Of a stretch of DNA of 64,000 bases, positions 1 through 11,889 are shown one piece after another; the first letter of the stretch is position 1; every line of letters starts with the position of its first letter. The notes below the pieces were generated by a model. That model was not told the DNA's origin. It made no database searches and worked only from the letters and a program-made list of their open reading frames with translations. The DNA is from Chiloscyllium plagiosum (Eukaryota). The position numbers and the translations under genes were made by a program. Location: positions 7,303,593 through 7,367,592 of the forward strand of contig NC_057759.1 of NCBI RefSeq assembly GCF_004010195.1, in the 5' to 3' direction.

Positions 1-178
1 ATGACACTGAGTATATTTAAGACAGACATAGATAAAGGAATTTGGTTGATAAGATAGATTGGTAAGGAAACCAAAGTTTACAGGGAGAAGGCAGGAAATT
101 AGTTTGACGAACATACCAGCCATGGTAAAATTGTAGGGCGATGGCCCAAATGGTCGATTTCTGCTATTATATCTTATG
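1..178 (+). mobile_element. CR1-type LINE 3' tail fragment (old)
   Basis: Resembles the 3' UTRs of other CR1 copies in the window (ggagaaggcaggaa...aaatggtcgatttctgct...tatatcttatg). Confidence 0.55.
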
Positions 179-647
179 GGAAATTAATGGTGGATAAGTG
201 ATGTTTATTACCTATGAAAGAATGATACACACAATCCAATTATCGTTCTGTGGTTCTCAAAACACTTCGAGAGCTATGCATCAAAACCTCCGATTCCCAG
301 TATAGTTGAACTTCTTAAGAATGTACGACCATTCCCAAAAGTAGCAATTAGAACTAAAAGAAAACATTTATATATCTCCATCCAACTCCGCCACATCCCC
401 CGCTCACTAACTCTCCCCTTCACCCCATGCATCTAATTGTTTGTGGAACGTAACACGACAGATCTAACTCCTGCTCACAGACCGAAGACAGTTTTCTGGC
501 GGTTTTGTGGGATCTGAAACCTAGATTTCTCCTGGCTTAGAAATGTGGACTGCATCACTGGAACTTTTGAAGACTTTTGATCTGTACTGTCTCGCCAAAA
601 ACTTGTTGATCCCAAATATACAACGTGCATGCGCTTATGAGAAAGAG

Positions 648-708
648 CGTGTGTGTGAAAGAGAGTGATAGAGAGACAGGGAGAGAGAGGGTGGGAGGAG
701 AGAGAGAT
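648..708. repeat. (GT)/(GA)-rich simple repeat
   Basis: gtgtgtgaaagagagtgatagagagacagggagagagaggg seen directly. Confidence 0.7.
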
Positions 709-1074
709 GCGTGCTAAAATGAAGGTCAAAGTAAGTCGAAATTCATGCTGAGGCGGTCGTTGGAATCTGTCATGCGAGGTGAAACTTCAAATTCACTGAA
801 CCTTTCACAGCGGCTCTGAATATTTATGGGTTTCTCTATTTAGAAGCAGCGAATTGAAGGCTATTTCTGGAGGGCAGATGAGTGGCAAATTGTGTTTCAC
901 TTCCTTTGCAGTTTCAGGCAGTGTGAGAGACATACACATTTGTATACTATCTGAATGAAGCTGGAAGCTTGAATCTTTGCAACTTAGTGATTTATTGCAT
1001 TTTAGCACAATCAGTAGACATTTGGAGCATTTGTCTCAGGCAGAATATGTTAAAAACGTGCTGGGAGAGAGCTA

Positions 1075-2003
1075 TAGAGGAACCATGATTGGAAGGTTTG
1101 CAAACAACAGCAAAGTTAGTGGTATAATGGACAGCTTAGAAGATTGTCTCAGAATACAAGGGGAACTTGAACAACTGGTGCAGTGGGTCAAGGAATGGCA
1201 GCTGGAGTTAAATTTAGATAACTGCGAGGTGTTGCACTTTGTGTAACTTTAGACAAAGTACAGCAGGACTTACACAATTAATTTTAGGGCCCTGGGGAGT
1301 GCTGTCGAACACGGACACTTATAGGTGCTGGAACATAATTAATTGACGTGGCGTCACAGGTAGCAAGAGCAGCGAAGGAAGCATTGGGCATGCTTGCCTT
1401 TTTTAGTCAAAGCATTGAGAAATTCACTTAGGACTTCATGTCAAAGTTGTACAAGACTGTAATAGGACCACATTTGTATGACTGCATACAATCTGGTCAT
1501 CCTGTTATTGAACTCGAATAAATGCAAAAATGATTTACGACGATGTTACTGAGACTGAGATTTTTGATTTATAAAGAGAAACTGGATAGTTTGGTACCTT
1601 TATTCATTGGAGTTTATAAGACCTAGGGTCGAACTCATAGAAGTTTATAAAATCACAAGAGGCACGGATAAGGTGAATGTCCAAGATCTGTTCCTCTGCG
1701 TAGGGATGTTCAAAAATAGAAGACACAGATTCAAGGTAAGAGAGGAAAGATTTAAAAGGAACCTAAGTGGCAACGTTTTCACAAAGAGAATGGAGCATAT
1801 ATAGAACGAATTGAGAGGAAGTGGTCAACGTGGATACAATTACATTTCAAAGACGTTTGGACAGAAACTTGAATAGGAATGTTTTGGAAGGATTTGGGCC
1901 AAAAACAGGCAAATGTAGCTACCTTAGATTGGGAAACCTGGTCAACATGTAAGAGTTGGGCTGAAATTTCCTGTTTCTGTGTTGTATGACTCTACGACTC
2001 TAT
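1075..2003 (+). mobile_element. CR1/HER1 LINE, 5'-truncated (RT C-terminus + 3' UTR)
   Basis: ORF pieces IGRFANNSKVSG...WVKEWQLELNLDNCEVLHF and LIEVYKITRGTDKV; ends in a (GACTCTAT)-type tail. Confidence 0.9.
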
Positions 2004-2344
2004 TTGGCAATGATGGGCAACTCTAGCAAAATCCAGAGCTTTTCCATAATAGTTTAGAAATGGCCAACTATCAGAAGGAATTTTAGATCTTCTATAGATA
2101 GATAGAAAGAATTGCATGTGCTAATTTACTTGAACATAGTACAATCAAAATTACACGTTGACACTCTTCAGGATAGATGTGATGTTAAGGAACAGGGATT
2201 CCACAATTCCCTGGTTTTTCAAGAAAATAGTTCCTGCCATCGATTCTGGCTAATCTCTATAGTGTTAATTTAGAGAATCACATAATTATTCTGGTGCAGA
2301 AAAAGGCCATTCACGCCATTGTGCCTTCAAGAATATATTTTATG

Positions 2345-2725
2345 TAGCCCAGCACTATTATCTAATTCATGCTTAAAACCTAATCCAATTCTATTCCCGA
2401 GTCCATCTTTTTTTATCTACCCAAGCTTTATTATCTCGTGCAACTGTTATCTGAGCAAGTTCAATTATCTAATACAGCTGCATCTCTATTTTCTTTTCCA
2501 GCTCCATTATTTCGTTCAGCTCTATTATCTTGTCCAATTCTATTAGCTAGTCCTGCTCTATTATCTTGTCCAACTCCATTATCTATCCCAGCTCTATTAT
2601 CCAACCAAGTTCTATAATCTACTCAGCTCTATAAGACACCCCAGCTCTATAATCTACTCCATCACTATTATCTACCCTAGTTCTATTATCTACCCCAAGC
2701 TCCATTATCTATCCCAGCTCTATAA
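2345..2725. repeat. Degenerate ~19-bp minisatellite (consensus approx. CAGCTCTATTATCTACCC)
   Basis: Tandem units such as cagctctattatcttgtc, cagctctataatctactc and aagctccattatctatcc. Confidence 0.85.
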
Positions 2726-3329
2726 TGAAACCGAACTTGTTTATCCAGTCTGTCTTCAATCCCTGGTGCCGACCCTAAATTTTTCCTATATCTCGGCATA
2801 CACTATTTCTACATCAAGTGAATATGCCTCTCCGAAATTTCCATTGCAAACCTGAACCAGACGTTTGCACATCATTTGATTTCAACGAACGGGTTCAATT
2901 CTCAAATTTGTTCATTTTACAATGAAGACCTTCTTCTTTCAGCTAAGACGTGGTGACTCTCAGGTAAAACCACGTCTCTAATGGAAGACAGACCTTTAGC
3001 AACTTTGCCTTTAGACCAGGAAAAACCAAAAGCTGGATATATTTCAACTTCATTAGTTTCACTTCATTTATTTCATTTTATGGTGACCATCATTCCTCCT
3101 TTTGAAATCACCAATAATTTTAGCTTCAATCACCCCCTGAAACAATGCATGAGAGGTGATTACCATTTGCTTTGTTCTTAATATGAAATCAATCCACTTA
3201 CACCTTCTTCCCATCGATCTTAGAACTGTGTCTATTTACGTTTGTACCTCACTTCCACAGTTGTACATTTTCAACCATCACTTCCCCACCATCATCTCCT
3301 TGTCAGAAGTACATAAATTGTTGTTAATT

Positions 3330-3460
3330 GTTTTGATGACAAGTCACTGGACTCCAAACGTTCATAAGATTTCTTCCCACAGATTCGGCAAGACCTTCTG
3401 AGTTTGTCCAACAATTACTGTTTGGTTTCAGAAATCCAGAATCAGCAGTTCTTTGTTTTC
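3330..3460 (+). mobile_element. Penelope-associated short repeat (degenerate)
   Basis: gtcactggactccaaacgtt...cacagattcggcaagaccttctgag...ccagaatcagcag; similar segment at ~38840-38960. Confidence 0.45.
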
Positions 3461-3894
3461 ATTAACTATGTTAATAACTTTTGCTCATTGATCTATTAAT
3501 GTTTCTAACTTATCTTTGGGATTCGGAGGCATATTAAAAGATGGGGGCCATTCAGCCCTTCAAGCCTCAGCATTCAGTCCTACCACGATTGAACATTTTG
3601 AAGCTTTTAACCTACACGATCTGCGCAAACCTGCAGATCTGTGGTGATCAGAAATCTTTCAAACATGACATAAAATATACTCAAAGATAATGTTCATAAC
3701 TCTATCAGTAAAATAATTTCTCTGCATCTTAGAATTCCAATTTGTAAAATTGTGCAACCTAGTTCTAGACACCCCAACTCTGGCAAACACATTAACCTTC
3801 ATCTACCCTGTCTCTCACTTGAAGTATTTTCTGTCCTTCAGTTTAATCATTTAATATCATGTGAAAGTCTGAGACTACTACCTCAGTGCATTTT

Positions 3895-4385
3895 TTAAAA
3901 TTCACTCGTGCAACATCGGCATTACTGTTGGGGCACAGCAATTATTGTCTTCTTTCCTACGTACTCCCTTGACAAGGTCATGGCGAGCTGTCTTCATGAA
4001 CCGCTGCAGTACCCATTGCAGTAGGTAGACCCCAAATTCTCTTCGGGAGCCATTTCCAGGATTTTGAACCAATGGCAGTAAAAGCACAGCGAAATATTTG
4101 CAGATCGGGATGGTGAGTGGATGGGAGGGAAAGTTGCAGGTGGTGGTGTTCCCATGTATCTGCTGCGGGTGCCCTTCCAGATGTAAGCGGTAGAGGGTTT
4201 GCAATGTGTTGCTTGAGGTCGTTTGGTGAATCTCTGCAGTGCATCTTGTAGGTGGTGGACACTGATTCAACTGAGCTTCAGTGGTGGGGAAAATCGATAC
4301 TCGTGGACGTGGAGTCAACTTGTCTGATCTCGTTTCATAGGATAATCTGCCAATCAATGTCTAGGGAACCTGAGTTGCACTCTGT
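3895..4385 (-). mobile_element. L2/CR1-clade LINE 3' region
   Basis: TTYKMHCRDSP...WEHHHLQL...FTAIGSKSWKWLP; same family at ~19.6-20.9, 30.4-30.9 and 47.6-48.4 kb. Confidence 0.75.
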
Positions 4386-4519
4386 CGATGGCAACAATAT
4401 AATCCCTGATATTAATGCAGATAAAAGCACATATTCACATTCTACCGTTGCTAACGTATAGAAAAAGACCGCTATGGAATAGCACGCGTTAAAAAAAAAG
4501 CCTTGTCAGTACAGAACTA

Positions 4520-5200
4520 TCACAACATTCTTTCCTCCGAATGTGAGATGCATGCCCACTGCTTCAATCACCTGAGAAATGCAGATGTGCGTGTGCCATG
4601 CTATTTCGACCCCAAATACAAATGGCGAACGTGCACACACCCTACTTGAGGGGGCCCTATAAAGTTGTCGGTCATTAAATTGAACTAGGCCTGAAGAGAA
4701 ACTGAGCAATTCCAGCCCAGCGCGAATGCGAGTTTCTCATTCACCACCTGTTGCCAACACTGAATTTTTCTGCAGCTTTCATTAAGAAAGAAGTTAAATG
4801 GATTTCAGTTTGATGTGGAAACTGTAAACCAATTTGTAGTTTTGAAATATCTGAACGGTCTACGTCCAGGCTGACTGTGCTCCTGTTTCAATAAATATGA
4901 TGACCCAGTGATAGCTCCACCATTTGACGTTGACCAACCTTTACCTGATGTATTGCTGGCCACGAGTTTCTTGGCCAAACTAGAATATCAAGTCATTATT
5001 ATACTTTGTTCCCCACTCCTAGCACTCACCAGTAAAACAGAAGAGGAGCATTTGAAGTATGCCTAAGAAATGTTGCAATATTCAACAGCTTTGTTCATGG
5101 CTCTACAGATGGAAACATTTTAGGTTATCCATATATTAGGTCACCCGTCAGATTTTCACTGCAATATTGCTAAACACACGCTCTACAAATATTATTTGCT
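4520..5200 (+). mobile_element. Ancient Gypsy pol relic (PR end/RT), possibly continuing at ~6100-6270
   Basis: Manual translation across frameshifts gives DVDQPLP (cf. VDQYPLP), FLAKLE (cf. FSKLDL) and SKTEEEHLKY...ILGH (cf. SKTEEEHL...YLGH). Confidence 0.5.
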
Positions 5201-5529
5201 ATGCTCCATATTTCTAGCGTAGATACTTTCCATTTCTCCACCTGCATAGGAAGTGGCTTCTGAATAACACGTCATTTTATTGGTGACTAACTTTTATTTA
5301 TTCTCACCTACCCACATGTGGAAACATCTCCTACATGTCCATCCTGTCAATCACATTTGCTGGAGAAAGTGAGTATCAGGTCCTGTGATCCTGGCCCTGA
5401 TGAAATTAGCTACTTTGTCTGATGTGTTTCCGGTAAGCACTCATGCTTTTCAACTTCTACGTCAGACGAAAATGTTGCCATGATCGACGCTGAAAGGGAT
5501 TTGATTTTCTCTCTTCCAATAAAAGATAG

Positions 5530-6095
5530 TACATGGGGCAATGTTTGCCCAATTTAAACATGAGGCGATTTCTTTTTTTTTCACATGGGTTTGAAAGCGT
5601 TTGGAATTCTCGTCCCAGTACAGCAGCAGAATTATTGAATATTTGTGAAACAGTTACATTGATATTGCACTAATAAAGGAGTCAGTGACGAGGCGGGAAT
5701 GGGGATGGACATCACAATCAGATCCTCTATAATGTTAGTGAATAGTGGAACATGTTTCAGAAGTAATATAACCTCCCTCCTCTCTTAATTTGCATTTTCA
5801 TATTAAAAAATGTTAGCAATGATTGGATGCGAAATTTAGGGCAGAACAATTCAGATTCAATATCTGGAATATCTACACCCGATGTGTGGTCGATGTTCTC
5901 TTTCATGAATATAAATTGATGCACGATCAGTTGTTAATTTTATACCTGAACACGAGTTTTTGTGCAGCAAAAATATCATGCAGTACAGAAAAGTCAGGCA
6001 AATGAACTTAGACCACAGATCAGCAGTGTTTTCTTTCTATGAAAGATCAGATTCGAGGGACTGAATGGCCTACTCCTGTTCCATTATTTCTCTTT
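5530..6095 (+). mobile_element. Two old CR1-type 3' tail fragments
   Basis: ttggaattctc... and gagggactgaatggcctactcctgttcc tail motifs. Confidence 0.55.
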
Positions 6096-6617
6096 TCAAC
6101 AGGGAGTCCAGCTCATGCGCAATTATTTTGGCTACTGAATCTATCTATATCACTGTTTTTTGGATGCTGAATCTTCCTTTAAATTAAACAACTATGCCAT
6201 CTGCTAAGATGGACAGAAAGTTTTCCACATCGACTGAGGGAAATAATTTGATTCATCTGTGATCTACAAGGGTGACGTTGGTTTGTTTTTTTTATCGAAA
6301 ATGTCTCAGTTCAGGACTGTTTAGAAGAGGAAACAGCTTTTCCATTTCCACATTTACAAAACTGTTCTGATCTTGAGTACTCTATTCAAGGAACATATAA
6401 TTCTTCTATATTTCACTGAAAATAAATCTAGTCATCAACGTTTTCTCAAAAGATAAAGTCATTTTCCAAACATCAGACAGTAAACCGCCTCTGAATTGCA
6501 TCCAAAACTTTGACGTCCCTGTTTAAATGAAAATATGAGGCTTCATCTCATACATTCGCCTGTATAACTAAAACATGCACCGCCTTTTATTCTCATTCAC
6601 GTTCAGTCATTTGAGTG

Positions 6618-6748
6618 AGTCAGTGGTTAACACGGCTGTCTCACAGTGCAAGGGACCCAGGGTTAATTACAGTTTGACTGCCTATGTGCAATAGTTTGTT
6701 CTCCCCTCACCTGCGTGTGTTTCTGTCGGGTGCTCTGGTTTCTTCATA
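6618..6748 (+). mobile_element. Old HE1-like SINE head fragment
   Basis: cagtggttaacacggctgtctcacagtgcaagggacccagggttaatt...gggtgctctggtttc resembles the HE1 copies in the window. Confidence 0.7.
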
Positions 6749-7559
6749 CAGTACCGAAGAGGATCTTGAATTATCCGAGTTTCCACCAAAAAAGCTACTT
6801 AAAATCTACATCCATACCACTTTCCAACAGTTCCCCAAAGTCTTAATTATTATGACAGTTCAACTGCTCATTCATCTATTTTTTATTAACAGCTGAGGTT
6901 ATTTTTTTCTTCAATTACTCTGTGGGTGAAAAATTACTGTTTGTCAAACTCTCTCTAAATCTCTTGTCTTCATCTGGAAATTCTGTCCTGTTGACCCGTA
7001 AATTAAGTGGAACAGTTGGTAAGTACTCACCATGTCCATGACCTCATAGTCTCCGAATATGTTTATTCCTTTTCCACCTTGCAATTTCTATTATCGACTA
7101 GGCCCTTCATTGCTTTGCTCCACGTGTATTCCTAAAACGTTCTCGTTTTCTTCTTATTCAGTTCTTGCTCTGGTCTTGTTATCGAGTCACAGAGTTATAG
7201 AGGTCTACAGAACAGAGAAAGGTCTTTCAACCCATTGACTCTTTGCATGTCAAAGGCACCAGAGAACCTACAATAATTTTCCAGCATTTCCCCATAGTAG
7301 CCGTTTATGCTTTTACGTCACAAATGTGCATCAAAATGCTGCTTAAATGCTCCTGTATTCCACGGTAAAGACAACATGTCAAAATATACTACAAATGGTG
7401 TTAATGGAGTGTCGATAGGCTAAAGAACAAATCTTGATAAGAGAACTTCTGCACTTTAACCGACAGTTTTTGCTGTCTTTCATAGACTTGTTATTCAACT
7501 GGTCGATACCCCACTCACTCAATTCGTACCATCTTTTGACAGTCTTAATCAACTGGAAT

Positions 7560-7705
7560 TGTTTTTCAATTATCTCTCTGAAGAAACATTCTCTGCCTAT
7601 GTATTTTCCTTCACTTCACCTGACAAAGGGCCAGCGGTCCGAACGCTTTTGATTTAAAATAAACCCGGTAGAATATGACTTGTGACTCTGACTATGTCCA
7701 GATAT
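7560..7705 (+). mobile_element. Penelope-derived 3' repeat with degenerate hammerhead-like core
   Basis: cacctgacaaagggccagcggtccgaacgct...aataaaccc matches the segments at ~16615 and ~18130. Confidence 0.5.
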
Positions 7706-7884
7706 TGATTACTTTTTCTTGTGTGAACCCAAGGGGAAAGCACTCCTAGATATAGGTCGCTAAACGCATCTTTCAAATGCACCCACACATATAATGTATC
7801 CCTCCTTTTTGTATTGAAGGGAACTACTTTGTATCTCTGTACTTTGAATTTCGCTCACCGCAGTGACAAGACGACCTGTGCTTC

Positions 7885-8997
7885 TGTTTATTTGGATACA
7901 GAACTGACTCGAGGGTAGAAGACAGAATGTGGTGGTGGAGGGTTGCTTTTCAGTCTGGAGGCCTGACAGCAGCGGTGTTGAACAAGGACTGGTGCTGAGT
8001 CCACTGCTTTCATCATTTATATGAATGAGTTGCATGTGAACATAGGAGATATGATTAATAAGTTCGCGAAGAACCAAAACCTCGAGCTGTAGTGGAGAGC
8101 AATGAAGGTTACCTCAGAGCGCAATGAGATCTTGATCAGATGAGCCAGTGAGGCGAGGAATGGAAAATAGAGTTTAATTTGGATAAATATGATGCGTTGC
8201 ATTTCAGAAAGGCAAAACAGAGCAGGACTTATACACTTAATGGTAAAATTCTGCAAAATCTTGCTGAACAAGGGCACCTTGGAGTGTAGGTTTATAACTT
8301 TTTGGAAGTAGCGTCCCATTTAGATAGGATACAGAAGGAGGCGTTCGGTATGTTAACCTTTATTTGTCAGTGCATTCACTATAGGAGTTGAGAGGCCATG
8401 TTGGGACTGTACAGGACATTGGTTACGTCACCTTTTGAGTATTGCATACAAATCTTATCTCCACCCTCTTGGAAGGATGTTATGAATCTGGAAAGAGCTC
8501 AGAAAAAAAATATAAGGATGTTGCCAGGTTTGGAGAATTTGAGCTATTTGGAAAGACGGAGTACGCCAGGGCTATATTCCCTGGAGCATCGGAAGCTGAG
8601 GGGTGACCTTATAGATATTTACAAAATCATGAGGGGCATGGATAGTGTAAATAGACAAAATGTTTCCCTGGGGTGGGGAGTGCAAAACTAGATGAAGTAA
8701 GTTTAAGGTGAGAGGAGAAAGATTTAAAAGGGGAATAAGGGGCAGCTTTTTCACGCATCGGGTAGTGTGTGTATAGAATGAGCTGCCAGAGGATGTGGTC
8801 GAGGTTGGTACAATTACAACATTTAAAAGGCAGATGGATGGGCAAATGAATATGAAGAGATTAGAGGCGTGTAGACCAAATGCTGGAAAATGGGACTAGA
8901 TTAATTTAGGATATCTGGTCAGCATGGACAAGAGGAACTAAAGGGTCTGTTTCCATGCTGTACACCTTTATGGGTCCATGACTCTGTATGACTCTAT
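7885..8997 (+). mobile_element. CR1/HER1 LINE, 5'-truncated
   Basis: QGLVLSPLLF; MLGLYRTLVTSPFEYCIQI...KLRGDLIDIYKIMRG; atgactctgtatgactctat tail. Confidence 0.92.
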
Positions 8998-9123
8998 TTC
9001 ATGCAGTGAACTTTAATGAAGGCTGCAGAATGTATTACATCTCTTCGGACACCGCAACAGTTCCATTGGAGCTGGAGATTTGAAACTAAACAACGTTGCC
9101 AGAATTCATTACAGCCAAATGTA

Positions 9124-9910
9124 TCATTGTTTAGTGATCTGAATAACCAAACTAAATGGACAATATCATGTTCTTCAATAACTCTCTGAACGTCATCTTG
9201 GTAAATGCATAAAAATAATTGTTTTCAGCACAGGAGCTCCAGTGTGGAGCCCAGAACTTGTACGAAATTGCATAAATAATTCTTCACATTTCCTAAATAC
9301 AAAATATTCTGTTTCGTATAGAATGCATCATAAATATTGATCATAAAATTATTAAACTTTTGGATAATGCAAACAGTAAGATACTCGATTTCCATCGAGT
9401 TGCTATTTCCTGATCTTTGGGACCTGCACTGCTGCCCTGAGTAATGTGTCTTCTCCGTGCTCTGCTGGTCCTGATAATGTTTCTGACAGTAAAAACACTC
9501 AGGAGCAGAATTAGAATAAAAGAAAACACGGGAATAAAAAGGTGGCGAAGGAATTCAATCATTATTCATGCATGTGGTCTCTCATTGGAGGGTGCTAAAT
9601 GACAAAATGCAATGCCACTTCAGAAAGAATTTGGATCTCTTAACATAAAATACCAGAAAATATTCTTTATTCAACTCGTGGCAGTCATTATTCCCAGTAC
9701 AACAGCTGCAGATTTGTCAGTGCAACATTGAGCCTTCAACTTCCCGTAACAAATTATTGCAAATTGATCAAAAGTAAAAAGCCACAGTGAACCAGACAGA
9801 ACAATCATTTCAGAGATCTGTTCAAAATTCTGATAACAGCGAGGAAGAGGATGTTCCTGGATCCGTTTGTACGTTTTTTTTTCAAATTTGTAAATCATCT
9901 GCTCGAAAGA
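9124..9910 (-). pseudogene. GPR139-like class A GPCR pseudogene (copy 1, TM3-TM7)
   Basis: Manual minus-strand translation: DCSVWFTVAF/TFDQFAIICYGKLKAQCCTDKSAAVVLG...*IKNIFWYFML...IEFLRHLFIPVFSFILILLLSVFTVRNIIRTSRARRR...KDQEIATRWKSSILLFALS...YFYAFTKMTFRELLKNM. This matches my recollection of elasmobranch 'probable GPR139' paralogues. It has several in-frame stops and frameshifts. Confidence 0.85.
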
Positions 9911-9914
9911 AGAG

Positions 9915-10590
9915 AGGAAGAGAGCATAACCGGCTGGGGAAATGTCTGATTATTTGGTTGCTTTCTCAGAACAGCGGGAAGTAAAGGTTATGTCAATAGA
10001 TGGAAGGCCGATTTACGAGATGGACTGGAGTGAGTTCACTCTTCCTGAATGCATTAGAATAGATTGAGTGAAGTGCAGCTAAGTTACTTCACCTGGCAGG
10101 TGTGTCTGGAGTTTTGGACAGTCAGGAGGGACAAGTGAAATGGATAAATGTTGGACACTCTACAATTGCATGGCGATGCACTGTAAGGATGTGTTGAGAG
10201 TGGACGAACGGAGGACCGGTGTGTCCCATAGAGACTAATCCCTACTAAATGCTGACAAGGAAGTGGATAGTAATATGTTTCTGGAGGTGGGCATCCCGTT
10301 GGAAGTTGTGGAAAAGGCTGCCTTTGCTTCTTTGGATATTGCTGCTGATGGGGTGGAAACTTGAGGACCGGGGGCCACTATCAATGCTGTCGGACGGAAG
10401 AGAAGGCACGATGACTGAAGTGTGAGAAATGGGTCCTGCATGGCTAAGGGCCCTCTCAAACATGGTGGTGGGGAGTGTAAGGTTGAGGAAAAAAGAAAAC
10501 ATCTCTGAAACCATCTCCCTCAGAACAGATGAGCTGGAGATGGGCAAACTGGGAGAATGGAATTGAATCCTTACAGTAATCAGCATGAGA
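9915..10590 (-). mobile_element. Penelope-like element fragment
   Basis: FHNFQRDAHLQKHI and LSAFSRD are similar to the Penelope RT/GIY-YIG linker; the fragment abuts the truncated GPCR relic. Confidence 0.6.
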
Positions 10591-10595
10591 AGATT

Positions 10596-10765
10596 GTCAC
10601 AAAGCTAGTCCTTGTTTTTTTTTTTGTAAAAGCTGTTCTTTGGCTCAAGGATACACTGTCCTTGTCTTTTTTATCAGATGGGTAATAAACCAGGCCGGAC
10701 TCTGGTCAGACTGGTTTGGTACAGAGATGAAAAGGATTTTTAGAGACCTTTCGTTTATATGTATC
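10596..10765. mobile_element. Partial LTR of the same family as the solo LTR at 50687-51297
   Basis: Starts TGTCACAAA; it is the reverse-complement homologue of ~51135-51297. Confidence 0.75.
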
Positions 10766-10769
10766 CATC

Positions 10770-11880
10770 AACGAGAATATTGTCTTCTTGTCTACTCTGC
10801 TCACTAAACTTATTTAATGACACCTTTTCGCCCGTTTTTTTCCTCATTTAAAACTGGTCCTGCCCTCCCAATATTCCTCCAAAGCCCGTTCTGGCCTGAG
10901 CTGTCTGTACCTTATGTACGCTTCACTTTCCCTCTTGGCTCGTTGCACGATTTCCACTGTCATCCACGATTCATGAATCTTGACTTTCTTTTCCTTTGTT
11001 TTCAAAGGGTCATGCCGATCCTGCACTATCTTTAACCTATCTTTGAAAGCCTCCCACACGTGAAATGTGGACTTACCTTCTAATACCTTTTTTCAAATCT
11101 ACATTTCGCAGCTCCTGCCTAATTTTGTTACCACTATCATCTTTGTCGACGTGTATTCTAAAACTTATAGAACTCTGATCACTCTTCCCAAAAACATTCC
11201 CCACTGCAAATTCTACCACCTGGCCTGGCTCATTCCCCAAAACCAGATCCAATACTACCCCTTCCCTCATCCGACTATTCACAAATTGCTCTACGACACT
11301 GTCCTGGTCACTCCTTACAAATTCTGCCCCAGACCTTTGATACCAAGTGTATCTCTGTCAATGTTGTGGAAATTAAAGTCTCCCATTTCCACCTTCTTGT
11401 TGTCTGTATATCTTTCCATATTCTGTTTAACTATTTGTTCTTCTAGCCCACGTTCATAGTTAGGAGGTACTTTAGATTAGATTACTTACAGATTAGATTA
11501 GATTAGATTAGATTAGATTAGATTACTTACAGTGTGGAAACAGGCCCTTCGGCCAAACAAGTCCACACCGACCCACCGAAGCGCAACCCACCCATACCCC
11601 TACATTTGCCCCTTTAACCTAACACTACGGGCAATTTAGCATGGCCAATTCACCTGTGACCCGCACATCTTTGTGACTGTGGGAGGAAACCGGAGCACCT
11701 GGAGGAAACCCACGCAGACACGGGGAGAACGTGCAAACTCCACACAGTCAGTCGCCTGAGTCGGGAATTGAACCCGGGTCTCTGGCGCTGTGAGGCAGCA
11801 GTGCTAACCACTGTGCCACCGTGCCGCCCACTTGATACAGCCCCAACAATGTAACTGCACCCTTCTTATTTCTCAGGTTC
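10770..11880 (-). mobile_element. CR1 LINE ORF2 endonuclease/linker region, interrupted by an HE1 SINE
   Basis: REGVVLDLVLGNEPGQVVEFAVGNVFGKSD; MWEAFKDRLKIVQDRH; gggagactttaatttcc (GDFNF). Confidence 0.85.
11473..11831 (-). mobile_element. HE1 SINE, full-length, young
   Basis: tRNA-derived head (GGTGGCACAGTGG A box, GGTTCAATTCC B box), CR1-like 3' end, (AATCT)n tail; nearly identical to the copies at 33.6 and 39.2 kb. Confidence 0.93.
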
Positions 11881-11889
11881 AGTAGATTG

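Noticed and set aside
2345..2725. CRISPR-like array
   Set aside because: The units are contiguous and degenerate with no unique spacers, there are no cas genes, and the context is eukaryotic.
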